Shown: piece by piece, positions 36,776-48,200 of the stretch
How positions within the stretch are numbered: position 1 is the stretch's first letter
Layout: each line of letters starts with the position of its first letter
Assembly (NCBI RefSeq): GCF_000143415.4
Contig: NW_003314272.1
Span: 339,729 to 403,728, forward strand
DNA: 64,000 nucleotides
Source: Selaginella moellendorffii
Taxonomy: Eukaryota > Plantae > Lycopodiophyta
Reading direction: 5' to 3'
The notes under the pieces: generated by a model
What the model was told of the DNA's origin: nothing
The model's database searches: none
The model's input: only the letters and a program-made list of their open reading frames with translations
Made by a program: the position numbers and the translations under genes

Positions 36776-37030
36776 ATGGCAAGCACAAAATCTGTAAGTG
36801 AGGCAGAAAAGGAGACGGTGTTAATGTTGCCGTTTGTTCAGAAAAATGATCACCTGAAGTATAGTACGAGGAGTTTGGAAGACTTATATATTCTACATCT
36901 TCACCTATCTCCTTCTATCGAGAACGCCCCAGTAACGTCAGAGACAACAATCCAAAGCAAAACAACTGACTCGGAGAAGGATGATAGTACCGCGGAGAGT
37001 ACCAAAAAGGAGGTGTCCACTAACGCTTAG
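36776..37030 (+). CDS. Small hypothetical ORF/exon inside the transposon (84 aa, S/T/E/K-rich tail)
   Basis: GC-richer open island in AT-rich subterminal DNA, preceded by TTTTAG acceptor-like site and followed by a palindrome; no recognised domain. Confidence 0.3.
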   Translation: MASTKSVSEAEKETVLMLPFVQKNDHLKYSTRSLEDLYILHLHLSPSIENAPVTSETTIQSKTTDSEKDDSTAESTKKEVSTNA

Positions 37031-37665
37031 GCTTATAATAGCGTGTGCCCTCATGCCATTTACTTGATCACCAAATACCTTTTTCCCTTTGCACTAGTAT
37101 ATCTTAATACCGGTCTGAGAAATAGAATGGCATGTGCCCTCAGGCCTTTTACTAAATCACCTTTGAAAGAAATGCAAGCCTCTATGTCGTAAAAAAAAGG
37201 TACTAGAGAAATTCCTTAATAATATGAATGTTATTTAGTTTCATGAAAATACACTAAGGGTCAAATGAGTTAAATGACTTCTCCAGACTAGCAATGCCTC
37301 TTGCTACACCTTCACAATTAGATTCGTTAGAAAAAGATAACATTGAATAATATCTAAATGTTCTCACCATTAAGTTATATGTCTGGCTAATAGGAATGAC
37401 GTTCATCTTGGAAAGCTCACCACACGCTCAATGAACAAACAAATAGTGTGTGCGCGCATGCCATCGCTCTTCTTTAGCTTCAGATTCAGCTTGTTCACCT
37501 TGACAATGAGATTTATTATACAACCAAATGGACTTAGTCGGACACAAAGTCACCGCGCTAGTCACCATGCCCCAGATATGTCTAGCCCCTGGACAAAAAA
37601 CATATAATTTCACGTCATTTTCAAATACTTGAAAATTTGTACCTAGTCCCATTTTACTGAATAAA

Positions 37666-37690
37666 TCCCATTTTAACGAAATAGAGCTTA
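37666..37690 (-). repeat. Right TIR TCCCATTTTAACGAAATAGAGCTTA
   Basis: Inverted match to 24004-24028; a second TCCCATTTTA lies at 37647-37656. Confidence 0.85.
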
Positions 37691-38291
37691 TAAGCCTGGA
37701 GCACTATAGTTGGTTTCCCTTTTGGGAGTGGGAGCTACTCTTAAGCACTTCCTTGGGTGGCCCCTCTGACACCACTCGAGTCTATGCTCACTCCCACCTA
37801 GGCCCCTCGGGCCCAATCTCAACCTCAAATCAGTTTGGAAGCACCACTAAAGAGTTCCTTCAAGATTGGTTTTTAAACCTCATTATCCCTACTATACTTT
37901 TGGAACCCCTTGCAGCACCCCCCTTGGAGACACATGCTTTGGGCTTTTACCCATAACTTGTATTAATATTTGGACTCAGTCTCGGACTCGATCTCGGACT
38001 CAGTCTTGTACTCAATCTCAGACTCGATCTCAGACCTGACCTTGGACTCTATCTCGGACTTAGTCTCGAACCCAATCTCGGATCTTGGACTTGGTCTCGA
38101 TCTTGACACCGAGTCTGAGATCGAGTTTAAGACCAACTCTGAGACCAAGTTTGAGACCGAGTCCAAGACCAAGATCGGTCTCAAAGTTGGTCTCGGACTT
38201 GATCTCAGACTCAGTCTCATCCAATGAGCTCTTTATTATTTTGGTCATTCTTTCAAGGATCCTTTAGCCTTCGACACCCCAGGGAGTGGTC
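37690..38291 (-). mobile_element. Degenerate family B LTR fragment with GACTCG-type minisatellite
   Basis: Colinear with 55822-56460 (GGTTTCCCTTT.GGGAGTGGGAGCT...CCCTACTATACTTTTGGAACCCC). Confidence 0.8.
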
Positions 38292-38391
38292 NNNNNNNNN
38301 NNNNNNNNNNNNNNNNNNNNNNNNNNNNNNNNNNNNNNNNNNNNNNNNNNNNNNNNNNNNNNNNNNNNNNNNNNNNNNNNNNNNNNNNNNN
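38292..38391. other. Assembly gap (100 N)
   Basis: Run of N. Confidence 1.
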
Positions 38392-41220
38392 ATACGCCCC
38401 CGAGAGGCGAGAGGCAGGCAGCTGTATGCTAGAGACAACTATACCATGAGTTGGAATCCCTTATTAGATCCAAATGTTGAGTCTTTCTACTGTGAATGCC
38501 TCCACTACAGATAACTCTCCACGATACTTGGCTACACCAAGTTCCACAAGACCTTCAATAGCTCGGCCATTGATGACATCCCATGGACTCACCCCGATAC
38601 TCGAATGTGATGAGTTGTTATAGGACATTTCCACAAGTCCCAAATGACTTACCCAATCAATTTGGTCTCTCAAGATATAGAATCGTAAATAATCCTATAG
38701 CTGTCTATTCACCCTTTCGGTTTGTCCATTTGTCAAGAAGTGTTTGTGCCATCAAACTTGACTTAATATCCAATACCTATCTGTGGGTGATAGGTTGTGT
38801 TGAATTTCAATTTGGTGCAATACTGTTTTAGAAATGTTCTCTAGAATCTACTAGTGAAGATCTTATCTCGATCAGAGATGATCTCTTTTGGCCTTTCCGA
38901 CACTCGAACCACTTGTTCGAAGAACAAATTTGCCACACCTTCTCCATCCACTTCCGTTGTAGTGGGTATAAAATATACCATCTTTGAAAACCGGTCCACC
39001 ACCATGAATATCACATCAAACCCCTCACTTGGGGGGGAGTTCCGTGATGATAAAACATTTCCACAGACGATCTAGAATTGGGAGGCTTTGTAACAAGCCC
39101 CCACTAGCCTTAGTCATGGCTTTAACCTGTTGATATGTTAGACATGTCTTTACATAGTCTTAGACGTCCTTAGCCATGTTTGGCCAGTGATACTTTCTCT
39201 TGAGTAAGCCCATCATTTTGGGCACTCTGTCATGTCTTGCAAAAGATCCATCATAACACTCTTCTAAAGCTACCTTCCTTAGTTCCCCTTCTAGACCATA
39301 CACTTTGGTTTGTTTATAATAGATGAGTCTATTGCGTTCTGCATAGCACATTTTCTCTTCCGTTGGCAGCTCACCTCTCTAGTGAGCTTCCCGTGCCTCC
39401 AGATTCCTCAGCAATACTTCTTGTGCTAGACCATCGGTCTCATATGCTGTCCGCACATCATCCTAAAAGGTTGTTGTTGTATTAGATATCGCCAACTTTA
39501 AACTTGCCTTTCGACTTAGAGCATCTACCACAATGTTGCTCTTCCCAGATTTATATAGAATCTCGCAATCGAACTTAGCCAAAGCATTTGCCCACTACCC
39601 TTATTTTCCTCTTAGGTTGGGCTATGACAAGAAGTGTTTCATTGCCATATTATCTGTGTAAATTTTGAAGTGCCTCCCAAGGTAGTGTCGCCACTCTTTG
39701 AGTGCTTTAACCACCGCAAACAATTCCTTCTCATGGGCAAATCATTTCTGCTGAGCCTTGTCCAACTTCTTCAAGAAGAACACTACTAGATGGTTGTCTT
39801 GCTTCAACACTACGCCCAATACAAAGTCTGAAGCATCCGTTTCTACCTCAAAGTCTTTACCAAAGTCTAGTAATGCCAACACGGGAGCCTTCCTCAACTT
39901 CCCTTTGAGGTGGACAAATGCTGCCTTGCATTCCACTATCCATACCATCTTCCCTTTTCTCGTTTAGTCCATTAAAGGCAAGGTTACTTTCAAATAGTGT
40001 TTGATAAACTTTATATACTAATTGCATAGCCCTAAGAATGCCCTCAACTCATATACATTCAATAGTCACTCTTATTCCTAGATCACTTGGACCTTCTTAG
40101 GGTGTACCTTGAGCCCGTCCTTGCCCACCACATGCCCAAGAAACTTTACCTCTTGTTGAGCAAAATCACATTTGCTCTCTTTAGTATACAACTTATATTC
40201 CCTTAGTTTATCAAACACCTTCATGAAATGTTCGGCATGCTCCTCTAGCGTCTCATTATAGATTAGGATGTCATTAATATAAACAACCACGAAGTGATTT
40301 AGATAGAGTACAAAAATGTGGTTCATTAATGCCAAAAATGTTACCACACATTGCATAACCCAAAGGACATCACTAGAAACTCAAAACTCCCATACCTTGT
40401 CTGACAGGTTGTCTTCTCGACATCTTCCTTTGCTACCTTGATTTAGTAGTATCCTGACTTTATGTCAATCCTCAAAAAGTATTTTGCCTTTTCCAACCTA
40501 TTGAACAGGTCCTCAATCCTTGGTAAAGGGTATTTGTTCTTCTTTATATACTTGTTGAGCAACTAGTAGTCTATACACATGTGCATAGATCCATCTTTTT
40601 TTTTCACAAATAACACCGACGGTCCATACAGTGACTTGTTTAACCTAACATACCCTTTAATCCACCAACTCCTCAAGTTGGCGCTTGAGCTCCTCGAGTT
40701 CCTTTTCATTCAAATAATAGGGGGGACGAACCATCATCTTACTATCCTTGACCAACTCGATTTTATGTTCTATTGGTCGTGTGGGGGTAACCCAGCCGAT
40801 AGCTCCTCTGGCATGGCATTTTGAAAATGGTCCAACACCTATTAAATCACAAAAGGTACTTCTTCTATTCCCGTCTTTTTATCACTTCTCATCGAGAGTA
40901 AATATAAAAATGCTACCTTGGTTCCTTTAGTGAGTTGTCCTTTTGTGGACACCAAGTTCAAGCAGGAGTCTTTGACCTTTCATTGCCTTACCTTTAAATT
41001 CTATGCCTCCACTCTAGATCATTTTCCCTAGGCATTCGCCAGTACCACAAGTTTCCTACTTTGTCCATATAGAGTTACCACAAACCGATTGAACCAATCT
41101 ATCCCGAATATCATGTCAAATCCCACCATGTCTAACATGGTGAAATCCATGTTTACTTTCCATATCTTTACTTCGACTCTTATTTGTCAAAGTATTTCAT
41201 CGATGTTTTGGCTACCTTGA
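38392..41220 (-). pseudogene. Decayed Ty3/gypsy pol (protease-RT-RNase H-integrase remnants)
   Basis: Fragments VVYINDILIY (RT), VETDASDFVLGVVLKQ (RNase H), KRKYHWPNMAKDV and VEMSYNNSSHSSIGVSP (integrase) in gypsy order; many stops and frameshifts. Confidence 0.85.
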
Positions 41221-41282
41221 ACAAACAAAGATAGGAATAAGAACAAAAGTGGGCCCAAACACTAAAAGGTAAAAAACCTTTT

Positions 41283-41382
41283 NNNNNNNNNNNNNNNNNN
41301 NNNNNNNNNNNNNNNNNNNNNNNNNNNNNNNNNNNNNNNNNNNNNNNNNNNNNNNNNNNNNNNNNNNNNNNNNNNNNNNNNN
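41283..41382. other. Assembly gap (100 N)
   Basis: Run of N. Confidence 1.

Positions 41383-41447
<65 letters not shown>
41383..41447. repeat. (AT)n microsatellite
   Basis: Perfect AT run adjoining the gap. Confidence 0.98.
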
Positions 41448-41449
<2 letters not shown>

Positions 41450-41726
41450 TATAGGGATAGGTATTTAAATAGAATTTTTAAATTCCATTAAATACAGGAT
41501 TTATTAAAATTCATGAAGAGAAAACTACTCTATATTTAAATTTGTATAAAGTTTAACATTACAAATATGCCCTTCTAAAACAACCTTAAAGCAAATAACA
41601 TTCATAATATTATAGGCTAGCAAAGTGAGCATCATGTTTTTAGTTTTCATAAATGAAAATGTTTCCTTTTCATTGGAAGCTATGCATGTTGCCAGTCATC
41701 TACAACTTAGAACTCTTGTGTTATGT

Positions 41727-42857
41727 TGTCGTGAATGTGACTTCGGGTATCAAAAGTTACCTGTTGACCAGTCCTTATGGACACTCTTTCCTTACTGCCA
41801 CGATGGCAGGAGGTCGGTATTGTTGGACCCTTTATTAGTCCTTCTTGTTCAAGTGTTAATAAACTAGACTTTGCATCTATACTTGGCCAGACGAGCATAA
41901 AGAAAGAATTCCTAAGTGTCTATTTAGCCAAACATACTTGGCTCGACTTATTAGTTCTCTTTTGCTTTGTCTTGCATTAGCTTGACAAGAACCTTTACGT
42001 ATTGAGACTAGTCCCTCAATATCGCTGGGTGATAGCTTACCATGTCTACTAAACACCCTCACTATCATACCCTTTATGTTAATCTCATTTCGGTCTCAAA
42101 TGCTATTTATGGAAAGTGTCCAAATTTGCTCATTTAGCATATGTACAGAATGTAGAGATTGTCCTGAACACAATGGTGTTCATCCCGTGTCCAAATTCAC
42201 AATCTAAGGACATTCCATATTTAGTATGTTTTGAGCTTGTCCTAGAGACTAACTCCTAATATTAAGGGAGGCTTGGGGTGAAAGCCCAAAGCGTGTGTTC
42301 TTCAAAGCAGGGGGGGGGGGGGGGGGGCCCCCTTTTGGGGGTTCTAAATATATAGTAGGGATAGTGGGTAGGTCAGACATGGCTGACCAATCTAAGGCAT
42401 AGTCTAGCTCCCGCTTGTGTGTCTATTCTTATTCTGCATCTAGCTTAGGTCTAAGCCCAAGTTCCATTCCATGTTAGCTGGTGGAGTACCCATATCCTTG
42501 CGTTAGGCCACCAGTATGCTGAAATAGTAGCAGACTCCATTTGGCTCCATTTTGCATACTGGTCCTAGGGATGCTAGTTGCTCTAGGACTGTTCCAAGTT
42601 GCTTTGGGATCCTGTCCCTTCACTCCTTGGGCTATATGCTCGGGGGTTGCTCCATGGTCCAGTTCCATCACTCCTTGGCGTCACGCTTGGGAGTTTGGCA
42701 CCGTTCCTTCGTTCAGTGGCCCAAGGCCGTCACGCTTGGGAGTTTGGCACCGTTCCTTCGTTCAGTGGCCCAAGGCCTTGAACCTCGGGTTCCTATAGAC
42801 ACGTGGCACGGACACGTGGTATGTGACACACGTGGTATGTGGTTTTGAGGTGTAACA
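41727..42857 (+). mobile_element. Family C LTR-like repeat (probable solo LTR)
   Basis: TGTCGTGAAT...TGTAACA; inverted homolog at 44017-45107; contains GGGTGAAAGCCCAAAGCG core and TATA-like TAAATATATAG; 49-bp tandem duplication 42679-42776; no TSD seen. Confidence 0.65.
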
Positions 42858-44016
42858 TTTAACACGAGTTTGTGCTTGGGCGAGTGAGTGAGATGCATTA
42901 GCAACTCAAGGTTACACTTTGAGTTGGCAGGATTAATATTAGCCTATCAATGGTTCCATAAGTTGTTCTATACACCGTGGGTAAAAGTAAACCTTCCTTG
43001 GGTTTGCTATGAGTGGCAAATAGGTTGGTTCGTAGCTGTTTAGCATGGCACTAATGGATCCTTCCTAGGCGTGATTACAAGTGGATATATCAAGACTGTA
43101 GGGATTAGTCTATTGATTCAAGTAGTCATTGCTATGCTCTTTCATAAACTTTTCTTGGATCGAATTGAAGGCAGTGTGAAAGCAAGCTTGAGGTTTAGTC
43201 AAATATGAGACCAAAAAGAGAGTTGTTGGGAACGAAGGATCAAATACGTAAATCATTTTCTTTTATTGGAGAAATAATCTAACACAAGATGTTAACTCAT
43301 TGCTTGTGTTCACATCATGCAATCAAGAGTCCATATCTTGATGCATGTTGATGGTTTTACAATGGTGAGTTGTAGGATGGATAGTGGTGAAGCGCTAAAC
43401 CATTTTGTCTAAGCTTGTTATTGAAGACTTGGGTCACAATGCTTAATTCTTTTCTAGGGAACCTTGCTATTGCTCCATTAGTAGCTTGGTGTTGGATTAG
43501 TTTTGAGTTTGGTCAGAAAGAGAGTGGCATGAGCTTGTCCTTGTTGTGAACAAAAGTTAGTGGTGTTCGGTATTGTAAATCTTTATTGGTGGAGTGTGGC
43601 ATTTATATTGCATTTTTTCGAGTTGAGTTGACACTTAATACTCATATAAACCTTTGTAGTAGTGACATAGGCATTACTCGTAGTGTTGTTCAATTGATGA
43701 TCAAGTCATTATGATTTTTTATATCATATCCATGTGATAATGAGTAATGTGTTTACGAAGTTGCTTAGTTAAACGATGATCAAGCCCAAAGTGGTTGATG
43801 GAAAAACTAGTCTATTTACATGTAGTAGCATTGTAGTAGCTTTGATTAGATTCTCAATGGTGGTCCATTATGCTAAGCATAAGTTGGTTCTTTAGTTCCT
43901 TGAGTTTGCCCATGAGGTGTTGGAAAGGGGTTGTAGCATTTATTTGCTATCGCTCATCGGTTTACCCATGTAGTGTACGTGGTTTTGACCCTTTATCCTA
44001 TGGTGATTTACTATAG

Positions 44017-45107
44017 GATAACACCACGAAGTGGAACCGAAACCCTCTTTATGCCATGTGACACATGCCATGTGTCATATGCCACGTGTCCATAGAATAG
44101 TGGTGTGGAACCTGAGGTTTACGGCCTTGGGCCACTGAACGAAGGAACGGTGCTAAACTCCCAAGTATAGAGCCAAGGAGTGACGGAACTGGACCACGGA
44201 GCAACTCCCGAACATACAGCCCAAGGAGCAAAGGGATAGGAGCCTCGAGCGACTTGGAACAATCCTAGAGCAACCAGCATCCCAATGCTAGGACCAGCAC
44301 ACAAAAAGGAGCCAAACAGAGTCTGGCGCTATTTCGGCATACTGGTGGCCTAACACAAGGATATGGGTACTCCACCAGCTAGCATGGAATGGAACTTGGG
44401 TTTAAACCCAAGCTGGATGCAGAACAAGGATAGGCATATAGGTGGGAGCTAGACTATGCCTCAGATTAGTTGGCGATGCCCGACCTACCCACTATCCCTA
44501 CTATACATTTGGAACCCCTCACAACCCCCCCCCCCCACCTTCCCCTTGAGGAACACACATTTTGGGCTTTCACCCCAAGCCTCCCTTAGTATCAAGAGTT
44601 AGTCTCTAGAACAAGCTCGAAACGTACTAAATATAGAATGGTGATAGATTGTGAATTTGGACGCGAGATAAACACCATTGTATTCAAGCCAATCTCTACA
44701 TTCTGTAGATATGCCAAATGAATAAATTTGGACACTTTCCATAAAAAGCATTTGGGACCGAAATGAGGCTAACACAAAAGGCATAATAGTGAGGGTATAC
44801 AATAAGCTATCATCTAGCGATATTGAGGGACTAATCTTAATACACAAGGGTTCTTGTTAAGCTAGTGCAAGACAGAGCAAAAGAGAACTAATAGCCAGGC
44901 CGAGTATGCTCAGCTATAAACATAGTTCCTACCTTATGTCCATCTGGCTAAGTAGAGATGCAAAGTCTAGTTTACTAACACTTGAACAAGAGGGACTAAT
45001 AAAGGGTCCAACAATACCGACCTCTTACCATCGTGGCAGTAAGGAAAGAGTGTCTGTAAGGACTAGCCAACAGGTAACTTTTGATACCTGAAGTCACATT
45101 CGCGAAA
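44017..45107 (-). mobile_element. Family C LTR (3' LTR) with PPT at 45108-45120
   Basis: Reverse complement of 41727-42857; preceded on minus strand by TAGGGGGGGAGAG; distal end approximate. Confidence 0.7.
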
Positions 45108-45206
45108 CTCTCCCCCCCTAGGGAAGATCAACGTCCTCGTCAATGCATACTCTAGTCTAGAATACTGCCAAGGAAACAACTCTAGAAAAAGTTCACGGTA
45201 TTCACA

Positions 45207-48200
45207 TGTGAGACACAAATCCCTAAGCTCCAAAGTGGAGCCAAAAGGGTGCCACGTGGTAGTGGCCGAAGCAAATGCCAAACGAGTGTAACACGTTTGG
45301 ACTAAAAGCTCCAACTTGAAAGGTCGAGAGCGGGAGTGGAAATCCCAATGAAATGCTCAAGGAACAAGCACAAAGCAACCAATAAGTGAGTCTCTAGAAA
45401 AGGGACACAAGAGGACCAACATATGACACATGGAGGAGTCCAAGATGGACCTGAGATAGAGTCTGAGATGGACCCAAGATGGAGTCCGAAATGGACCCGA
45501 GCTGAAGTCCGAGATGGACTCGAGATGGAGTCCGAGAAGGACCTAAGATGGAATCTGAGATGGAGTTTGAGAAGGACCCGAGACAGAGTCCGAAGTCAAG
45601 ACCGAGACCGGGACGAAGACCGGGACTGGGACCAGGACCGAGACCGAGACCAAGATCGAGACCGAGACCGAGACTGAGGCCGAGTTCGAGTCCGAGCCCA
45701 AGCCCGAGGCCGAGGCCGAGTGCGAGTGCGAGTTCGAGTCTGAGAGGGTGAAATCCCAAAGCATTTGTCTCCCAGACCCTGGGGGGTTTGTTGAGCTCCA
45801 AAAGTATAGTAGGGGGAGGACTCCAGTGGAGCCAATTTGGCCAAGAAAGGCCAGTTTGGCCCAAGAAAGCTGTACCCAAGTGTTGGGTGATGGGATAACC
45901 ATTGGGAGGTCCAAGGCTAGAGTGAATATAGACTGTCAAGCAGGGTAGCTTAGTGAAGTGTTCAAGAGCCGGCTCTAGTTCCCCTGGTAGATCGACTGGC
46001 CGATGCTCCCAGTTCAAGTGTGGGTGGCACTACCTACTTGGATACCAGGCATGGCTCAACGGAACCTCTCTCTAAGCCCATGGCTAGAGCACCCAAGGGC
46101 AGAAGGCGGGGAGAGTACCCAGGTGGCTCGTGTAAGGCCACGGTGTTCTGAAATGTTGTCCCCAAAGGCCCAAACTGTGGAAAGGAAGAGGAGCAGTCCT
46201 CTGGGGTGTGACCAAGGACACAGTCGTATGGTGAGGAAGTCCCAGTGGACCGTGGGACTTAGTGGTCGGGCCTGTGGGCCTCGATCCAGTGGCAGTGTTG
46301 GCAAACACGGCCAAGGGCAAAAAGGGACTTAGTGAGGACTGACAGAGGGATATTGGGGAAGGCTATTCCCCTTGTCGGTGGGCATCCTAAGGATGCTAAG
46401 GAGTGGATCTGAGAGGACCACTCACGGATGGTTTGCCTAGTCTTGGAGAGCCAAGACTGGGATGCATGTGGTATTGGACTACCAGTGTGGCAAAGGTGAT
46501 TGGGCATGGCCTTAGCGTGACAAGCTACCATGTCGGTGGTACCTTTGAGTGTCGGTCATGCGATCGGACATGTGGAGCACTTGGACCAAGTGCAAATGTT
46601 GAGTGGCATGGATGCCATTCTCGGGGCTAGCAAGCCTCAAGTCCTAAATTGGACTTATGGAGGTTGTGAATGAGACTCCTCCAAGTGGTCGGAGGTGTGG
46701 TTAAGTGACTAAAGTAGAATGGAAAATTTAGTCGCTTACACCCTTCCCAAAGGAATCCTAATGGAAATGGGAATGGTATAACCTAAGTTGGAAGGCATGC
46801 AATTGGAGTGCGGTGACCCAGATAATGATGGAGGTGTGGAAGCACCAGCAATGAGTTGTAGGACTTAACAACTATGAGGCAACTAAGCAAAAGGTGCAAA
46901 ATAATCAGTTAAACTGGTAGCAAGTAGCTACCCAAGACTTCTTAATGGCATAAGGAAGTTAGATATACCCTTATGGGGGGGTAAATTGTTTATGTGTTAA
47001 TATAGTAAGTCAATGTCGTAAAAGGGAATGTTTATTGGCAAAGATGCCATCATTGGGACACTCAAACACTCTAGAACACTAGGAGGTGTTGTTTGATATC
47101 GCGAGGGCAATAGATAATACCCAAGGGACTAAATCCTTAGCGAATGATGGATAGAAGGTGCTATCCAAACGTCCAAGGTTGCAAAGACGGGAGAAGTCCA
47201 TCTACCCAAATTAAACAAAGCTAAAAATGGAATTTTGGCAAGGCTAGTGATGGGCATATAAAGGCCCATATGTAGCAACATTAATCCTGGTGTGTGGGAT
47301 TATAAGGTGAGCATGCCCGGATTGAGGAACCACTCCCTAGGCTATTGGGTAGGTTCATCCCCAAGAATACTTACTAAGGTATAGTAGAAAGTGTAAAGCC
47401 ATTCTCCTAGTTTCGAGGCAAATAACCGAAGCAAATATGTGAGGCCAAAAGAAAGTAGTAAAGGGATAGAACCAAACCATAGGAATTGAAGAGCATAACT
47501 AATGGTGGTTATATCAGTTGGGAGTGGAGAATCAAATAGGCGCTCGAGCATGTTGTTACTAGCCACCATGGTGCCATGAAGAGTCTAAAGTATGGAATTG
47601 TCCATGCTAGACCATATGGCAATTAGAAAGCTTGTGAAAAGAGAGGCCTTAGCAAGCTAAGGGATAAAGTTCCTTCAAGGTTCCCAAAGACAATTCTAGG
47701 TAACGTAGTACCTAGAAAGGCAAATATAAATGGTTCATAGAACGCATGAAATCAGAGTGGCACAGCAAAAGCGTGGTCTTGAAACTTGCCATAAGGCAAT
47801 GTTATCAAGGTTGGGGAAGTAGTTCCCAAGTGTTCAAAGGGATGATTTGAATAAAAGTCAATGGTCAAGGACTTTCACACTTATGCATGAAATCATGTTA
47901 CATTGGTTAAATGACTTGCTAAGTGAGAGTGGCAAGCCAGGGGAATGAATCCCCTAGTTGAAGGTGCTAACTTTAAAAAGGGTGGCCCATGGGGCCAAGC
48001 ATGGAGGAGTCCATGCATGATCATAGACTTATCAAATGAAAGGACTTGGCAATTTGGAGGGATTAGGTTCCTAAGTTATGATCTGTAGAGCACTTTGGAT
48101 ATAAATTAGTGCACCGACGTGGGGAGTCATGCCAGGCATCTAGGGAAATGCCGTCCGCAAATGCATATACGAAGGTTGGGTTTGAGTCCTGACCCTCTAG

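Larger units (their letters stand above)
24099..37464. repeat. Dispersed 22-bp palindrome ATGGCRTG-N6-CAYGCCAT (about 30 copies in copy 2)
   Basis: Starts at e.g. 24391, 25468, 25543, 26764, 26919, 27055, 27313, 27448, 27544, 27649, 27790, 29281, 30558, 30618, 30695, 32146, 32218, 32724, 32821, 32891, 34736, 34793, 36135, 36281, 36441, 36521, 37038, 37127, 37443; copy 1: 14309, 14369, 15646, 17145, 17286, 17477, 18709, 18784, 19861, 20153. Confidence 0.9.
24004..37690 (+). mobile_element. Complete ~13.7 kb TIR DNA transposon with Sola-like DDD transposase and divergent cargo genes (copy 2)
   Basis: 25-bp TIRs (24/25 match), transposase on +, cargo on -, about 30 internal 22-bp palindromes; no clean TSD (right flank is a family B fragment, left flank unrelated). 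Confidence 0.85.

Noticed and set aside
24099-37464. 22-bp palindromes as CRISPR repeats or independent MITEs
   Set aside because: Irregular spacing, intervening DNA is exonic, and no TSDs flank individual copies
24000-37694. Target-site duplication of the DNA transposon (TA, or TTAG/TAAG)
   Set aside because: Flanks are non-homologous sequence types and the copy 1 end differs, so no TSD can be asserted
44050-44092. ATGCCATGTG repeats as additional copies of the 22-bp palindrome
   Set aside because: Direct repeats in family C LTR lacking the paired-arm, 6-nt spacer geometry
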